61,139 nucleotides of DNA from an uncultured Gammaproteobacteria bacterium (lineage in GTDB: Bacteria; Patescibacteriota; Patescibacteriia; UBA9934): the NCBI GenBank assembly GCA_964599455.1, contig CAZREA010000001.1:419829-480967 (forward strand), written 5' to 3'. Below, piece by piece: positions 16,649 to 27,038 of this stretch (position 1 is its first letter; each line of letters begins with the position of its first letter). The position numbers and the translations under genes are program-made. Under the pieces are notes generated by a model. The model was not told the DNA's origin and searched no databases. It worked only from the letters and a program-made list of their open reading frames with translations.

Positions 16649-17203
16649 TTATTTATCACCTTTCGCTGCCTTACCGGCCTTGCGACGAATAATTTCATCA
16701 AGATAACGGAAACCTTTTCCCTTGTACGGTTCAGGCTTTTTCAATGCCCGAATTTCTGCTGCGGCGCGACCAACTGCTGGCGCATCAATACCCGACAAGG
16801 TTAAGACGTTATTTTCAATTTTTGCACTTACTCCAGCGGGTAAAGGATATTTCACCTCGTGAGAAAAACCAAGAGCAAACGTCAGCACATTTCCCTGAAG
16901 AGACATCTTGAAACCTACGCCGTTCAACTCAAGACCCTTCTGATAGCCTTCGGTAACGCCCTTGACCATTTGCGCCAAAAGTGCACGCATGGTTCCCCAC
17001 AGGGCACGATCTTCACGTTCAGGATCAAGAACGTTAATAAGCAAGACTGACTTACCCTCTTCGTCATGTTGCGCAACAGACGCATGAGGATGAAGAGCGA
17101 AGGAAAGTTCGCCTTTAGGGCCTTTGATGGTGACGGTTTGTCCTGCGATCATTGCGGTTACGCCTGATGGCAGAAGAACCGGTTTTTTACCAATACGAGA
17201 CAT
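16649..17203 (-). CDS. rplF: 50S ribosomal protein L6
   Basis: MSRIGKKPVLLPSGV start at ATG 17203. The longer ORF would overlap rpsH. Confidence 0.94.
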   Translation of the reverse strand: MSRIGKKPVLLPSGVTAMIAGQTVTIKGPKGELSFALHPHASVAQHDEEGKSVLLINVLDPEREDRALWGTMRALLAQMVKGVTEGYQKGLELNGVGFKMSLQGNVLTFALGFSHEVKYPLPAGVSAKIENNVLTLSGIDAPAVGRAAAEIRALKKPEPYKGKGFRYLDEIIRRKAGKAAKGDK

Positions 17204-17213
17204 AAGCGTGGTG

Positions 17214-17609
17214 TTAGTACACTTCACAAATTACTTCTCCACCCAAACGACGCTTCCTTGCTTCGTCACTTGCCATAAGACCATTTGGTGTTGACAAAAT
17301 GGCAATACCGAAACCAGAGCGAACGGTACGAATATCATCGGCTTTCACATAGACTCGTCGACCAGGCTTACTGATACGAGTCAATGCGCTGATAGCAGGA
17401 GTGCGATCAACACCGTATTTGAGGGTTAAACGGAGTGTTTGTCGGCCTCCTTCGGTTACTGTCTCAACGGCATCAAGATATCCGCGTGTTTCGAGGATCT
17501 TGGCAATCGTGAATTTTATCTTCGACAAAGGCATTTCTACGATGTGGGCACGCGCCATAGTAGCGTTACGCACACGAGTCAGCATGTCGGAAATCGGATC
17601 GGTCATCAT
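17214..17609 (-). CDS. rpsH: 30S ribosomal protein S8
   Basis: MTDPISDMLTRVRNA. Confidence 0.95.
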   Translation of the reverse strand: MMTDPISDMLTRVRNATMARAHIVEMPLSKIKFTIAKILETRGYLDAVETVTEGGRQTLRLTLKYGVDRTPAISALTRISKPGRRVYVKADDIRTVRSGFGIAILSTPNGLMASDEARKRRLGGEVICEVY

Positions 17610-17615
17610 AGAAAT

Positions 17616-17801
17616 TTACCAGCTAGCCTTACGAATACCTGGAATCTCACCAACGTTGGCAAGCTCCCGAAAACAGATACGACACAGGCCGAAACGGCGC
17701 ATGAAGAAACGCTTTCGACCACAGCGCCAACAGCGAAGGACGAGGCGGGTGGAGAATTTAGGAGTTTTTTGCGACTTGGCAATTTGATTTGTCGTTGCCA
17801 T
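17616..17801 (-). CDS. rpsZ: 30S ribosomal protein S14 type Z (zinc-binding, 61 aa)
   Basis: CWRCGRKRFFMRRFGLCRICFRE CxxC..CxxC motif. Confidence 0.94.
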   Translation of the reverse strand: MATTNQIAKSQKTPKFSTRLVLRCWRCGRKRFFMRRFGLCRICFRELANVGEIPGIRKASW

Positions 17802-17804
17802 AGA

Positions 17805-18353
17805 TTACTTGGAAGTTTTTGAAACAAAGGGGAAACCAAGCTCCTTAAAGAGAGCGAGGCCGCGTTCGTGCGTTCCGGCGGTCGTCGTGATTGTGATCTG
17901 TAAACCATGAAGCGATTCAACTTCATCAGGACGAACTTCCGGGAAAGCCGTATGTTCGGTAAAGCCGAAGTTGAAGTTTCCATCGCGATCGATAGCTGTT
18001 TCGGGAATACCACGGAAGTCACGAATACGCGCAAACGCAACATGCGACAACTTATCAAGGAAATGCCACATCTGATTACCACGCAACGTCACTTTCGCTC
18101 CCAAGACCATGCCTTCGCGTACCTTGAAGCCTGCAATGGATTTGCGAGCCAACGTTTTTACTGGTTCTTGACCGGTAATGCGGCGCAAAGTTTCGGTGAT
18201 AGTGTCGATAAATTTACTATCACGTCCCTTCCCCAAACGTGCATTCAACGTCACTTTAATAATCCGCGGAGCTTCATGGACGTTTTTCAAGCCAAAGACT
18301 TCACGCAGCTTCGTGCCAACGGATTTGGTAAATTTTTCTTTCAAGATAGACAT
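17805..18353 (-). CDS. rplE: 50S ribosomal protein L5
   Basis: NVHEAPRIIKVTLNARLG..GFPFV. Confidence 0.95.
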   Translation of the reverse strand: MSILKEKFTKSVGTKLREVFGLKNVHEAPRIIKVTLNARLGKGRDSKFIDTITETLRRITGQEPVKTLARKSIAGFKVREGMVLGAKVTLRGNQMWHFLDKLSHVAFARIRDFRGIPETAIDRDGNFNFGFTEHTAFPEVRPDEVESLHGLQITITTTAGTHERGLALFKELGFPFVSKTSK

Positions 18354-18359
18354 AGGCTA

Positions 18360-18698
18360 TTATGAACCGATTTCTTCAACCGTCTTTTTCACACGAAGCA
18401 CACGCACCTTTTTTCCTTCTTTTACGGCATATCCCACCCGACCGATTCCTTTCTTGCCAACCAATACCACATTGGCAGCAGGTAAAGGAGCCTGAAAGGT
18501 CACCTTCTGTCCTTTTTGGTCGCCACGAGCCTTGAGGTGTTTCGTTCGGGTGCGAACGCCTTCAACAACGACCATGCGGTTATGAGGAAGAACCTGCGTA
18601 ACCTTTCCTTCTTTTCCACGATCGCCTCCCTGTTCTTTGGAGCGGCCGACCATGATACGCACCAGGTCGCCGACTTTAATTTTCATCTTAATTTGCAT
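18360..18698 (-). CDS. rplX: 50S ribosomal protein L24
   Basis: [16 protein letters not shown] motif. An alternative ATG lies at 18686. Confidence 0.93.
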   Translation of the reverse strand: MQIKMKIKVGDLVRIMVGRSKEQGGDRGKEGKVTQVLPHNRMVVVEGVRTRTKHLKARGDQKGQKVTFQAPLPAANVVLVGKKGIGRVGYAVKEGKKVRVLRVKKTVEEIGS

Positions 18699-18707
18699 AG
18701 GCGAAGA

Positions 18708-19079
18708 TTACAAAACTTCAGGCGCTAAAGAAACGATCTTCACAAAACCTGCCGAGCGAACCTCGCGGGCAATAGGGCCGAAGATGCGTGTTCCTTTGGG
18801 ATCTTTTGTTGCTTTGTTGATGATCACGCCCGCATTCTGATCAAAACGGATATAAGAACCGTCTGCACGACGTACTTCTTTGCGTGTACGGACAATAACC
18901 GCGTGCACGACATCACTCTTTTTGACCGGGTTATGAGGTGAGGCCTCTTTTACAACCGCAGTGACGACATCACCAAGACGAGCGTAACGCTTTTTATAGC
19001 CGCCGTGCACGCGAATAACTTGTAATTTTTTGGCGCCGGAGTTATCAGCGACGGCGATCATTGATCGATGTTGAAGCAT
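18708..19079 (-). CDS. rplN: 50S ribosomal protein L14
   Basis: [18 protein letters not shown] start at ATG 19079. Confidence 0.95.
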   Translation of the reverse strand: MLQHRSMIAVADNSGAKKLQVIRVHGGYKKRYARLGDVVTAVVKEASPHNPVKKSDVVHAVIVRTRKEVRRADGSYIRFDQNAGVIINKATKDPKGTRIFGPIAREVRSAGFVKIVSLAPEVL

Positions 19080-19089
19080 AGGAAAACGC

Positions 19090-19347
19090 TTACACTTTAG
19101 CAACTACACGCCAACGCTTGCGTGAGGAAAGAGGTCGGGTTTCTTCGATAACCACCGCATCACCAACTTTCACATCTTCACGTTCGTTGTGCGCAAGATA
19201 TTTCTTGCTCACCATGTATCGCTTGTGATACTTGGCATGCATAACTGTACGCGTCACTAAAACCGTGAGCGTTTTTTGCATTTTTTGCGCCACGACCGTG
19301 CCATTGATACGTCGGCGGGGAGTATTTTGAGTCGTTGTTGAAGTCAT
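19090..19347 (-). CDS. rpsQ: 30S ribosomal protein S17
   Basis: [29 protein letters not shown]. Confidence 0.94.
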   Translation of the reverse strand: MTSTTTQNTPRRRINGTVVAQKMQKTLTVLVTRTVMHAKYHKRYMVSKKYLAHNEREDVKVGDAVVIEETRPLSSRKRWRVVAKV

Positions 19348-19350
19348 ACT

Positions 19351-19569
19351 TTAGGTCGTAGGAACCTGTCGCTGCATCTCGGCTAACCGGGTTTCAATGC
19401 GAGCGATATCTTTACGTAATACCCGTAACTCACGAACATTCTTTATAGCACGAATGCCAACTTGTCGTTGATAACCTGCCAAACGCTGACGCAATACTTC
19501 GACAGAAGCGCGGAGCTCGTCAGCAGTTTTTTGCAAAAGTTCTTTATATTGCATATTACTGTCTGACAA
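19351..19569 (-). CDS. rpmC: 50S ribosomal protein L29
   Basis: Position between rplP and rpsQ. Helical 72-aa protein, ELLQKTADELRASVEVLRQRL. Confidence 0.9.
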   Translation of the reverse strand: MSDSNMQYKELLQKTADELRASVEVLRQRLAGYQRQVGIRAIKNVRELRVLRKDIARIETRLAEMQRQVPTT

Positions 19570-19969
19570 TAATCTTGGTTTTTACCGGAAGCTTATAGGC
19601 CGCCAAGGTAAGTGCTGCACGTGCTACCTCTTCAGTCACACCATCCATTTCGAACATGACGGTTCCGGCACGCACTGGCGTCATGTAGTAGTCGACACCA
19701 CCTTTTCCCTTACCCATCGGCGCCTCAGCACCGTGGTTGGTAACGGGATGGTCGGGGAAGATACGAATCCAGATCTTTCCTCCACGCTTAATGGCACGAG
19801 TCATAGCGCGACGAGCCGCTTCAATTTGGCGTGCCGTCACCCAAGACTCGGTCACCGCACGCAGACCATAGGTGCCAAACGCAACATCGGTCTTTTGCGT
19901 AGCGATACGATCGCCTTGCGTGTGGCGTTTATGCCACTTGCGGTATTTCATCTTTTTCGGAAGCAACAT
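19556..19969 (-). CDS. rplP: 50S ribosomal protein L16
   Basis: [15 protein letters not shown]. Confidence 0.95.
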   Translation of the reverse strand: MLLPKKMKYRKWHKRHTQGDRIATQKTDVAFGTYGLRAVTESWVTARQIEAARRAMTRAIKRGGKIWIRIFPDHPVTNHGAEAPMGKGKGGVDYYMTPVRAGTVMFEMDGVTEEVARAALTLAAYKLPVKTKIIVRQ

Positions 19970-19977
19970 AGATTCAA

Positions 19978-20709
19978 TTAATTTCGACTACTAGGAGCAC
20001 GTCGAGCAGGCCGACGCGCATCACGTTCACGAGGAGCTGCTTCAGCTGAAGCATCGGCTCGCTTTTCGGTTTCAAAGACATCACCTTTATAGATCCAAAT
20101 CTTGATACCTATCACGCCGTACACCGTATTGGCTCGGACACGTGCGAAATCAATATTTGCACGGAGGTTATGCAGTGGAATGCTTCCCTGAGACAATGTT
20201 TCGGTACGTGCGATTTCGGCCCCATTCAATCGACCAGACAACGTGATCTTCACTCCTTTTCCTCCAGATTTCATCACGCGTTCAATCGACATTTTCATGG
20301 AGCGTCTAAACGGCATACGCTTCTCAATGTCCTGTGCGATCTGTTGACCAATAACCTGCGAGGAAAGCGAGGGATTGGTAACTTCATGAACATTGAGATT
20401 AAGCGTGACACGCCGACCGCGATAAAAGCGCTGCATGATTTTCTTTTTGAGATCCTCGATACCTGCGCCTTGTCGGCCAATGATCATACCCGGCTTCGCA
20501 GCAGTCACTGCAATAGTGACGTGCTTCGGGGTGCGTTCGACGGTAATATCGTTTACGCCCGCGTCCTTCAGTGTGGTGCGCAAGAAATCGCGCAATTCCA
20601 CATCTTCCTGCAGCTGCGCGATAAATTGCTTACCACGGGCAAACCACTTGGAATCCCAGGCGAAGACCGTGTTCAAGCGAAATACTTTTGGATGTACTTT
20701 GTGACCCAT
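19978..20709 (-). CDS. rpsC: 30S ribosomal protein S3
   Basis: MGHKVHPKVFRL and KH domain IIGRQGAGIEDL. Confidence 0.95.
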   Translation of the reverse strand: MGHKVHPKVFRLNTVFAWDSKWFARGKQFIAQLQEDVELRDFLRTTLKDAGVNDITVERTPKHVTIAVTAAKPGMIIGRQGAGIEDLKKKIMQRFYRGRRVTLNLNVHEVTNPSLSSQVIGQQIAQDIEKRMPFRRSMKMSIERVMKSGGKGVKITLSGRLNGAEIARTETLSQGSIPLHNLRANIDFARVRANTVYGVIGIKIWIYKGDVFETEKRADASAEAAPRERDARRPARRAPSSRN

Positions 20710-20717
20710 AGGAAAAA

Positions 20718-21068
20718 TTATTTCTTGAGTGGTGCCGTGCGAGGACCGACGCCAATAGTAATGTGCGAGCTGCGCAAACGAATAGGCGTTGCTCGTCCCT
20801 GCGCACGCGGAGTGTAACGTTTAATTTTTGGACCTTCATCAACTTGCGCTCGGCTGACAATAAAGGAGGCTGCATCAAGATGAAGATTGTGCTCAGCATT
20901 CGCAATAGCGGAATTCAATGCTTTTAGCACTGGCTTCGCCGCAGCTTTCTTGGAAAGCATGAGTTGCTGTCGAGCCTTCTCAATTGAAAGTCCACGAATA
21001 AGCCCAACGACCAAGCGAGTCTTTCGCGGAGCAATGCGGATAAATTTTGCCTTTGAAATCACTTCCAT
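20718..21068 (-). CDS. rplV: 50S ribosomal protein L22
   Basis: AKFIRIAPRKTRLVVGLIRG. Confidence 0.95.
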   Translation of the reverse strand: MEVISKAKFIRIAPRKTRLVVGLIRGLSIEKARQQLMLSKKAAAKPVLKALNSAIANAEHNLHLDAASFIVSRAQVDEGPKIKRYTPRAQGRATPIRLRSSHITIGVGPRTAPLKK

Positions 21069-21077
21069 AAAACAAGA

Positions 21078-21392
21078 TTAACGACTCACTTTTTTAGCGG
21101 CAGCTGGTGCGGCGGCAGGAGCTGCGGCTGCGGCAGCCTTACCGGCATGACGAACGAACTTTCGTGTTGGGGAAAATTCACCAAGCTTATGACCGACCAT
21201 GTTTTCTACAACACGAACTTGGATAAAGTCTTTTCCGTTATGCACGCCAAAGGTAAAGCCAACCATTGCTGGCGTGATAGTAGAGGCACGTGACCAGGTT
21301 TTAAGAACCGTTTTATCACCCGGGCGCAAGTTGCTCACTTTTTTAGCCAAGTGCGGAGCGATGAAAGGGCCTTTTTTCAAACTACGAGTCAT
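21078..21392 (-). CDS. rpsS: 30S ribosomal protein S19 with Ala/Pro-rich C-terminal tail
   Basis: [15 protein letters not shown]. Tail is [18 protein letters not shown]. Confidence 0.94.
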   Translation of the reverse strand: MTRSLKKGPFIAPHLAKKVSNLRPGDKTVLKTWSRASTITPAMVGFTFGVHNGKDFIQVRVVENMVGHKLGEFSPTRKFVRHAGKAAAAAAPAAAPAAAKKVSR

Positions 21393-21397
21393 AGGGA

Positions 21398-22249
21398 TTA
21401 GGCAGCACGTCCTTTGTCGTGATTGCGACGTCGGACAATCAATTTGTTTGAAGGTTTCTTGGCATGACGTGTCTTCACACCATGTGCGTGTTTACCCTGT
21501 GGTGTCTTGGCATACTTCAAACCAATAGAATTGCGAGCCTCACCACCACCGTGTGGGTGATCCACAGGATTCATTGCCTTTCCACGAACGGTTGGGCGAA
21601 CACTTCGCCAGCGCATACGGCCTGCTTTTCCCCAACGGACAAGGCTCCAATCGGGATTAGAAACCGTACCAATCGTCGCCATACAGGTCTTAGGAACCAT
21701 ACGTACTTCACCAGAAGGCATGCGCAAAGTTGCATATTCACCTTCTACAGCAAGCAACATGGCCGAAGTACCTGCACCACGAACCATTTTTCCACCTTGG
21801 CCAGGTTGTAATTCGATGTTAAACACCTGCATACCAACCGGGATCTTTTCCAAAGGATAGCGATTCCCTACGTTCGGTTCGCCACGTTCACGCATGGTAA
21901 CAACAGAAGTACCAACAGTAAGTCCTTGCGCGGCTAACACATATCGCTTTTCACCATCAGCATAGGCGAGCAAAGCGATGCGGGCACCACGGTTCGGATC
22001 ATATTCAATCGTTTGCACCTTAGCAGGCACGTTCACCTTATTCATCTTCCAATCAATCACACGAATGTGGCGACGAACACCACCACCTCGATGACGAACG
22101 GTAATTTTTCCACCCGCACCACGACCTGCTTGCTGCTTTTGGGCAAGAAGCAAGGATTTGTGGGGTGTAGAGGTGGTAATATCAGAAAACACCTGCACGC
22201 TTGAGTTGCGTCGGCCAGCCGATGTAGGTTTGTAGATTTTCGTTGGCAT
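21398..22249 (-). CDS. rplB: 50S ribosomal protein L2
   Basis: GRRNSSV..; [15 protein letters not shown]. Confidence 0.96.
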   Translation of the reverse strand: MPTKIYKPTSAGRRNSSVQVFSDITTSTPHKSLLLAQKQQAGRGAGGKITVRHRGGGVRRHIRVIDWKMNKVNVPAKVQTIEYDPNRGARIALLAYADGEKRYVLAAQGLTVGTSVVTMRERGEPNVGNRYPLEKIPVGMQVFNIELQPGQGGKMVRGAGTSAMLLAVEGEYATLRMPSGEVRMVPKTCMATIGTVSNPDWSLVRWGKAGRMRWRSVRPTVRGKAMNPVDHPHGGGEARNSIGLKYAKTPQGKHAHGVKTRHAKKPSNKLIVRRRNHDKGRAA

Positions 22250-22254
22250 ACCTT

Positions 22255-22593
22255 TTAGACGTTGGCAAAGAGATCAATATGAGTACCGGCAGGAACGGCG
22301 ATATACGCTTTCTTCCAATCGGATCGTTGTGCAGTCACTCTTCCAAAACGCTTGGTCTTTCCATGGACGCGAAGAATATTTACTCGTGTAGGCAAAACCC
22401 CATACATTTCCTTAAATGCTTGACCAATGGCAATGCGACGAGCTGAAGGAAGGACCTTAAATGCATATACCGATGAACCCGCAAGATGCGCCGTCTTCTC
22501 GGTCATGAGTGGCGTTAATTTCACCGCAAGAGTCGCCGCCGAAAGACGAGAAGGGGTGATCTGCTGAGCAGGAGTTTTCTTTTTGGTAGGCAT
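22255..22593 (-). CDS. rplW: 50S ribosomal protein L23
   Basis: Position; LMTEKTAHLAGSSVYAFKV. Confidence 0.92.
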   Translation of the reverse strand: MPTKKKTPAQQITPSRLSAATLAVKLTPLMTEKTAHLAGSSVYAFKVLPSARRIAIGQAFKEMYGVLPTRVNILRVHGKTKRFGRVTAQRSDWKKAYIAVPAGTHIDLFANV

Positions 22594-22599
22594 AGGATA

Positions 22600-23232
22600 T
22601 TAGCCGGTAAACGTTTGTTCCATCTCGGCAATTGCTTGCGTCGAGGCAATCACCACGCGATGCTTGGCAAGATCGCGAACATTGAGATTAGATGCGCCAA
22701 TGCTTTGTGTTTTTGGCAAATTTTGCATGGTGTAGCGAGCGTCACTTTCATTCTTTGCAAGAATGACCAATGCCGACAATGTTCCACCGGGCAATGCTTT
22801 GCGCATTTGTGCTGCAAACTTGGTTTTGCGTTCTGGGAATGCAAAGTTTTCTACTACTACAACGTCACCTGTGCCAAGTTTATCGGAAAGCAACATGGCA
22901 AGTGCCGTGCGTTTAGCTTTACGGTTTACTTTTTTGGCAAAAACGCGCTCAGGATTTGGACCATGGGTAATACCACCACCAACCCAAATAGGTGAACGAC
23001 GTGATCCGTGACGAGCACGACCCGTTCCCTTTTGCTTCCACGGCTTTTTGCCGGTACCCGCAACTTGAGAACGATCTTTCACATGAGCAAAAATTTCACG
23101 TGCATTCGCTTCTTGTGCCACGATTACTTCATGAACAACAGAGGATTTGATCGGAAGAGCAAAAAGAGCATCAGGGAGCTCGGTAGATCCCACTTCTTTT
23201 CCTTCCCATGAATAGAGTTTTACTTGCGCCAT
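22600..23232 (-). CDS. rplD: 50S ribosomal protein L4
   Basis: KQKGTGRARHGSRRSPIWVGGGITHGP. Confidence 0.95.
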   Translation of the reverse strand: MAQVKLYSWEGKEVGSTELPDALFALPIKSSVVHEVIVAQEANAREIFAHVKDRSQVAGTGKKPWKQKGTGRARHGSRRSPIWVGGGITHGPNPERVFAKKVNRKAKRTALAMLLSDKLGTGDVVVVENFAFPERKTKFAAQMRKALPGGTLSALVILAKNESDARYTMQNLPKTQSIGASNLNVRDLAKHRVVIASTQAIAEMEQTFTG

Positions 23233-23843
23233 ACGTTTCCATCAGTTCCCATAAGGGTTACTTCCGAACCGCGTGCACCCGGGAGGGCGCCTTTGAGAGC
23301 GATCATATTCTTTTCTCCATCAACTGCAGCAACTTCAAGATTTTGTACCGTGACCTGCGATCCACCCATACGTCCAGCCATGCGCAAACCTTTGAACACA
23401 CGCTGGATGCCACCGGCACCAATAGAACCGGATTTACGAACCTGGTCCTTATGACCGTGCGTCGTGGGGTGACCAGCGAAACCATGACGTTTCACCACAC
23501 CTTGAAAACCTCGTCCTTTACTTGTACCAACAACATTTACCAAATCACCCACCGTAAACGTCGCAACGGTCAACGTTGCACCATTTTCCGGCACACTTCC
23601 CTCCTTTACAGGCACAGAAGCTAAACGGGCAAAAGGTCCTTTATCTGCAAAAGCTTTTGCTTGCGCTTTGGCAGGATGTTTGCTGATACCGGTACCAAGA
23701 ATAACCACATCGCGACCCTGAGGATCTTTACGAATAGCGGCGACAGTGCACGGTAAAACCTCAACAAAGGTTACCGGAACAACCATACCGTTGTCGGCAT
23801 ACACTTGGCCCATATGCATCTTTTTTCCTAAAAGATACTTCAT
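23220..23843 (-). CDS. rplC: 50S ribosomal protein L3
   Basis: MKYLLGKKMHMGQVY start at ATG 23843 (alternative 23858). GTSKGRGFQGVVKRHGFAG. Confidence 0.95.
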   Translation of the reverse strand: MKYLLGKKMHMGQVYADNGMVVPVTFVEVLPCTVAAIRKDPQGRDVVILGTGISKHPAKAQAKAFADKGPFARLASVPVKEGSVPENGATLTVATFTVGDLVNVVGTSKGRGFQGVVKRHGFAGHPTTHGHKDQVRKSGSIGAGGIQRVFKGLRMAGRMGGSQVTVQNLEVAAVDGEKNMIALKGALPGARGSEVTLMGTDGNVWRK

Positions 23844-24133
23844 ATTTTCCACGTTCATGCGTTACACGCAGCGGAACGAACAAGAATAAAGGATAAATAA
23901 AAAGCAAGAAGTCATCTGCATACGTGCAAGACGGCTTCCAGCCCACAAAAAAGCAACTCTGAAGAACAATCCTTCTGAAAGATGTTCATGTTGTTTTAAG
24001 GAGATGGAGCAAAGCTTTTCATTTCAAGGAATTCCGTGCAAAGCGCGGCAAGGTTTTCCCTCGAAGCTCCGACGTAAGGAGGAGCGAAGTGGGATCTTTC
24101 TTTCCGGTTTGTCATAGGAACCGCAGTACGGAA

Positions 24134-24171
24134 CTGCCATGGAAAGACAATGTTTTCTCTTTCCATGGCAG
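24134..24171 (-). other. Perfect 13-bp stem-loop inside the rpsJ-rplC spacer
   Basis: ctgccatggaaag-12 nt-ctttccatggcag, about 35 nt downstream of the rpsJ stop. No U-tract follows. Confidence 0.7.
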
Positions 24172-24204
24172 ACCCGATCCTGTGAAGGATCTGATCTGCG
24201 AACA

Positions 24205-24543
24205 CTACATTTTGATTTCAACGTCAACGCCTGCAGGTAAGTTGAGATTCATGAGCGCGTCAATCGTTCGTTCCGTAGGATTAACGATATCGATCAGACG
24301 CTTGTGAATACGCATTTCGTATTGATCACGCGATGTTTTGTCGATAAACGTTGAACGGTTCACCGTGAATCGACGAATTTCCGTAGGAAGAGGCACCGGG
24401 CCAATGACCGAAGCACCACTGCGTTCCGCGGTTTTGATGATTGTGACGGTTGCTGTATCGATCAATTTATGATCATACGCACGAATCTTCATGCGAATAC
24501 GCTGTTCCTTCTCTTCTTTCTGCTGTTTAGCGGTATCAGACAT
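24205..24543 (-). CDS. rpsJ: 30S ribosomal protein S10
   Basis: [40 protein letters not shown]. Confidence 0.95.
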   Translation of the reverse strand: MSDTAKQQKEEKEQRIRMKIRAYDHKLIDTATVTIIKTAERSGASVIGPVPLPTEIRRFTVNRSTFIDKTSRDQYEMRIHKRLIDIVNPTERTIDALMNLNLPAGVDVEIKM

Positions 24544-24597
24544 ACAAGGTACAAAAGAGCAAAAAGGGGAACCGTGAGGGAACCCCTTTCTTCATCA

Positions 24598-25791
<1,194 letters not shown>

Positions 25792-25910
25792 AGGTCGTGA
25801 GAAAGTTAGAGAGGTCCAATCAAAGAAAGATTGGACAAAAATTAAAAATAATTGCCGCGGAACTGTAACAGAAACGAAAAAAACGTGCAAGTGGTAGTGT
25901 GGGAGGAATA

Positions 25911-26384
25911 CTATTCCCCAATCGTAAATCGATCCTCGGGAGACATACGGTGAGCCGGTTTTGGTCGAAGATTGCCTGGTGATGGACGTTGAGGAGGGAT
26001 TTGGAAGGCCTGATAGGCCTGTGCGGCCTGATTGACAGACTGTTGCATGCGTTGAGGGGGAGGATTTTCGGGAAAACCTCGCTGATGGGCCATGATTTGC
26101 TCGGCATCGTAGTCGCTGTCCCAAGAGTCGGCGGCGGAGGGGGTATTGAAAGAAGAGGTTGCGGGGGCAGGAGGGCTCGTCCGCGGGTCTACGGCCGAGG
26201 AAGGTAAAGAGGACGAGGGGAGAAGGGGGGTCATCAATGCAGTCGATGGTTGAGAAATAAGCTGTTCGTAGGCAGAAAGAGGCAGAATCATCACGGGCTC
26301 ATGCCGCTCATTCAAAGAAAAAACCACTCGTTCGCCATTTTCCTGAACAAGACGAATAAGGCGAAGAATGTGCTCATGGTGCAT
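25911..26384 (-). CDS. Hypothetical protein: Phd/YefM-like N-terminal fold with long Pro/Ser-rich disordered tail
   Basis: [38 protein letters not shown] resembles the antitoxin-type N-domain pattern. The rest is low complexity. Confidence 0.45.
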   Translation of the reverse strand: MHHEHILRLIRLVQENGERVVFSLNERHEPVMILPLSAYEQLISQPSTALMTPLLPSSSLPSSAVDPRTSPPAPATSSFNTPSAADSWDSDYDAEQIMAHQRGFPENPPPQRMQQSVNQAAQAYQAFQIPPQRPSPGNLRPKPAHRMSPEDRFTIGE

Positions 26385-26455
26385 AAAACGCTTTTCTGTA
26401 TGGTACTCACCGGGTAAGGAATTGAAAACAGACCCTGTGGGTCTGTTTTCAAAAA

Positions 26456-26935
26456 TTAACTTGCAATATCTTGATCAAGAACTTCCCAAGACAAAATTTC
26501 TTGCACTATTTGATCAAAAGAGAAAGCTGGGTATTGCTTCCAGACTCCAATAACCGCATCCCCTACCTGTTCAGGAGAAGTCCGAGCATCAAGGCCAAGT
26601 TTTGGACGAAGCATTATCACTTCAGCTCGCGATAATTCACGGGAAGGAATAAAGCTCACCTCGTGTACCTCAGGAGATGGGGAAGGTTCATTTCTTCCTG
26701 GAGATGGTCGAGATAATACTTCGGCTACAAAGGCCCCAAAGGAAGGCACATCTGGTCGTGTAATATATTCGTCTGTTAATGCACGATAAGTTTCATCAGA
26801 GGTCGCATTATCAGGCAATCCCATCTTTATACCTAACATGCGCAGTTGATCAGCAGGAATTTCAGGGACAAATCCCCTACTTACTTCAATGTCTCCTCCC
26901 CTTGATGCTGATCCTATATTATCTATACCGCTCAT
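26456..26935 (-). CDS. Hypothetical protein (160 aa)
   Basis: Start set at ATG 26935 (MSGIDNIG...). The upstream part of the ORF overlaps the fusA 3' end and its terminator. An AT-rich TATAAT-containing region lies at 26936-27000. Confidence 0.5.
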   Translation of the reverse strand: MSGIDNIGSASRGGDIEVSRGFVPEIPADQLRMLGIKMGLPDNATSDETYRALTDEYITRPDVPSFGAFVAEVLSRPSPGRNEPSPSPEVHEVSFIPSRELSRAEVIMLRPKLGLDARTSPEQVGDAVIGVWKQYPAFSFDQIVQEILSWEVLDQDIAS

Positions 26936-27002
26936 AAAAAGATATTTCAAAAGAATTATAAAGCTTTTATCGTAATTCTTGTGATGTCTTATGCACAGAA
27001 TC

Positions 27003-27029
27003 AAAAACACCCCGAGATGGGGTGTTTTT
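27003..27029 (-). terminator. Intrinsic terminator after fusA
   Basis: aaaaacacccc-gagat-ggggtgttttt. Confidence 0.75.
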
Positions 27030-27038
27030 GTGTTCAGG

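Noticed and set aside
17606-18082. Long antisense or alternative-frame ORFs inside highly expressed genes. Examples are 17606..18082, 15881..16348, 20170..20817, 24877..25659, 35036..35899, 38615..39397, 12777..13280, 28650..29162 and 58302..58766.
   Set aside because: All lie opposite or out of frame to genes with unambiguous conserved motifs and have low-complexity or biased composition. They are shadow ORFs.
23996-24205. A 69-codon (GTG) or 56-codon (ATG) ORF in the rpsJ-rplC spacer.
   Set aside because: It reads straight through a perfect 13-bp palindrome and has no composition or periodicity support. An RNA-level explanation is preferred.
25792-26124. A 111-residue N-terminal extension of the EF-Tu ORF (24598..26124, 508 aa).
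   Set aside because: The extension is low-complexity and unrelated to EF-Tu. The canonical [26 protein letters not shown] start is at ATG 25791, and a promoter-like box lies within the supposed extension.
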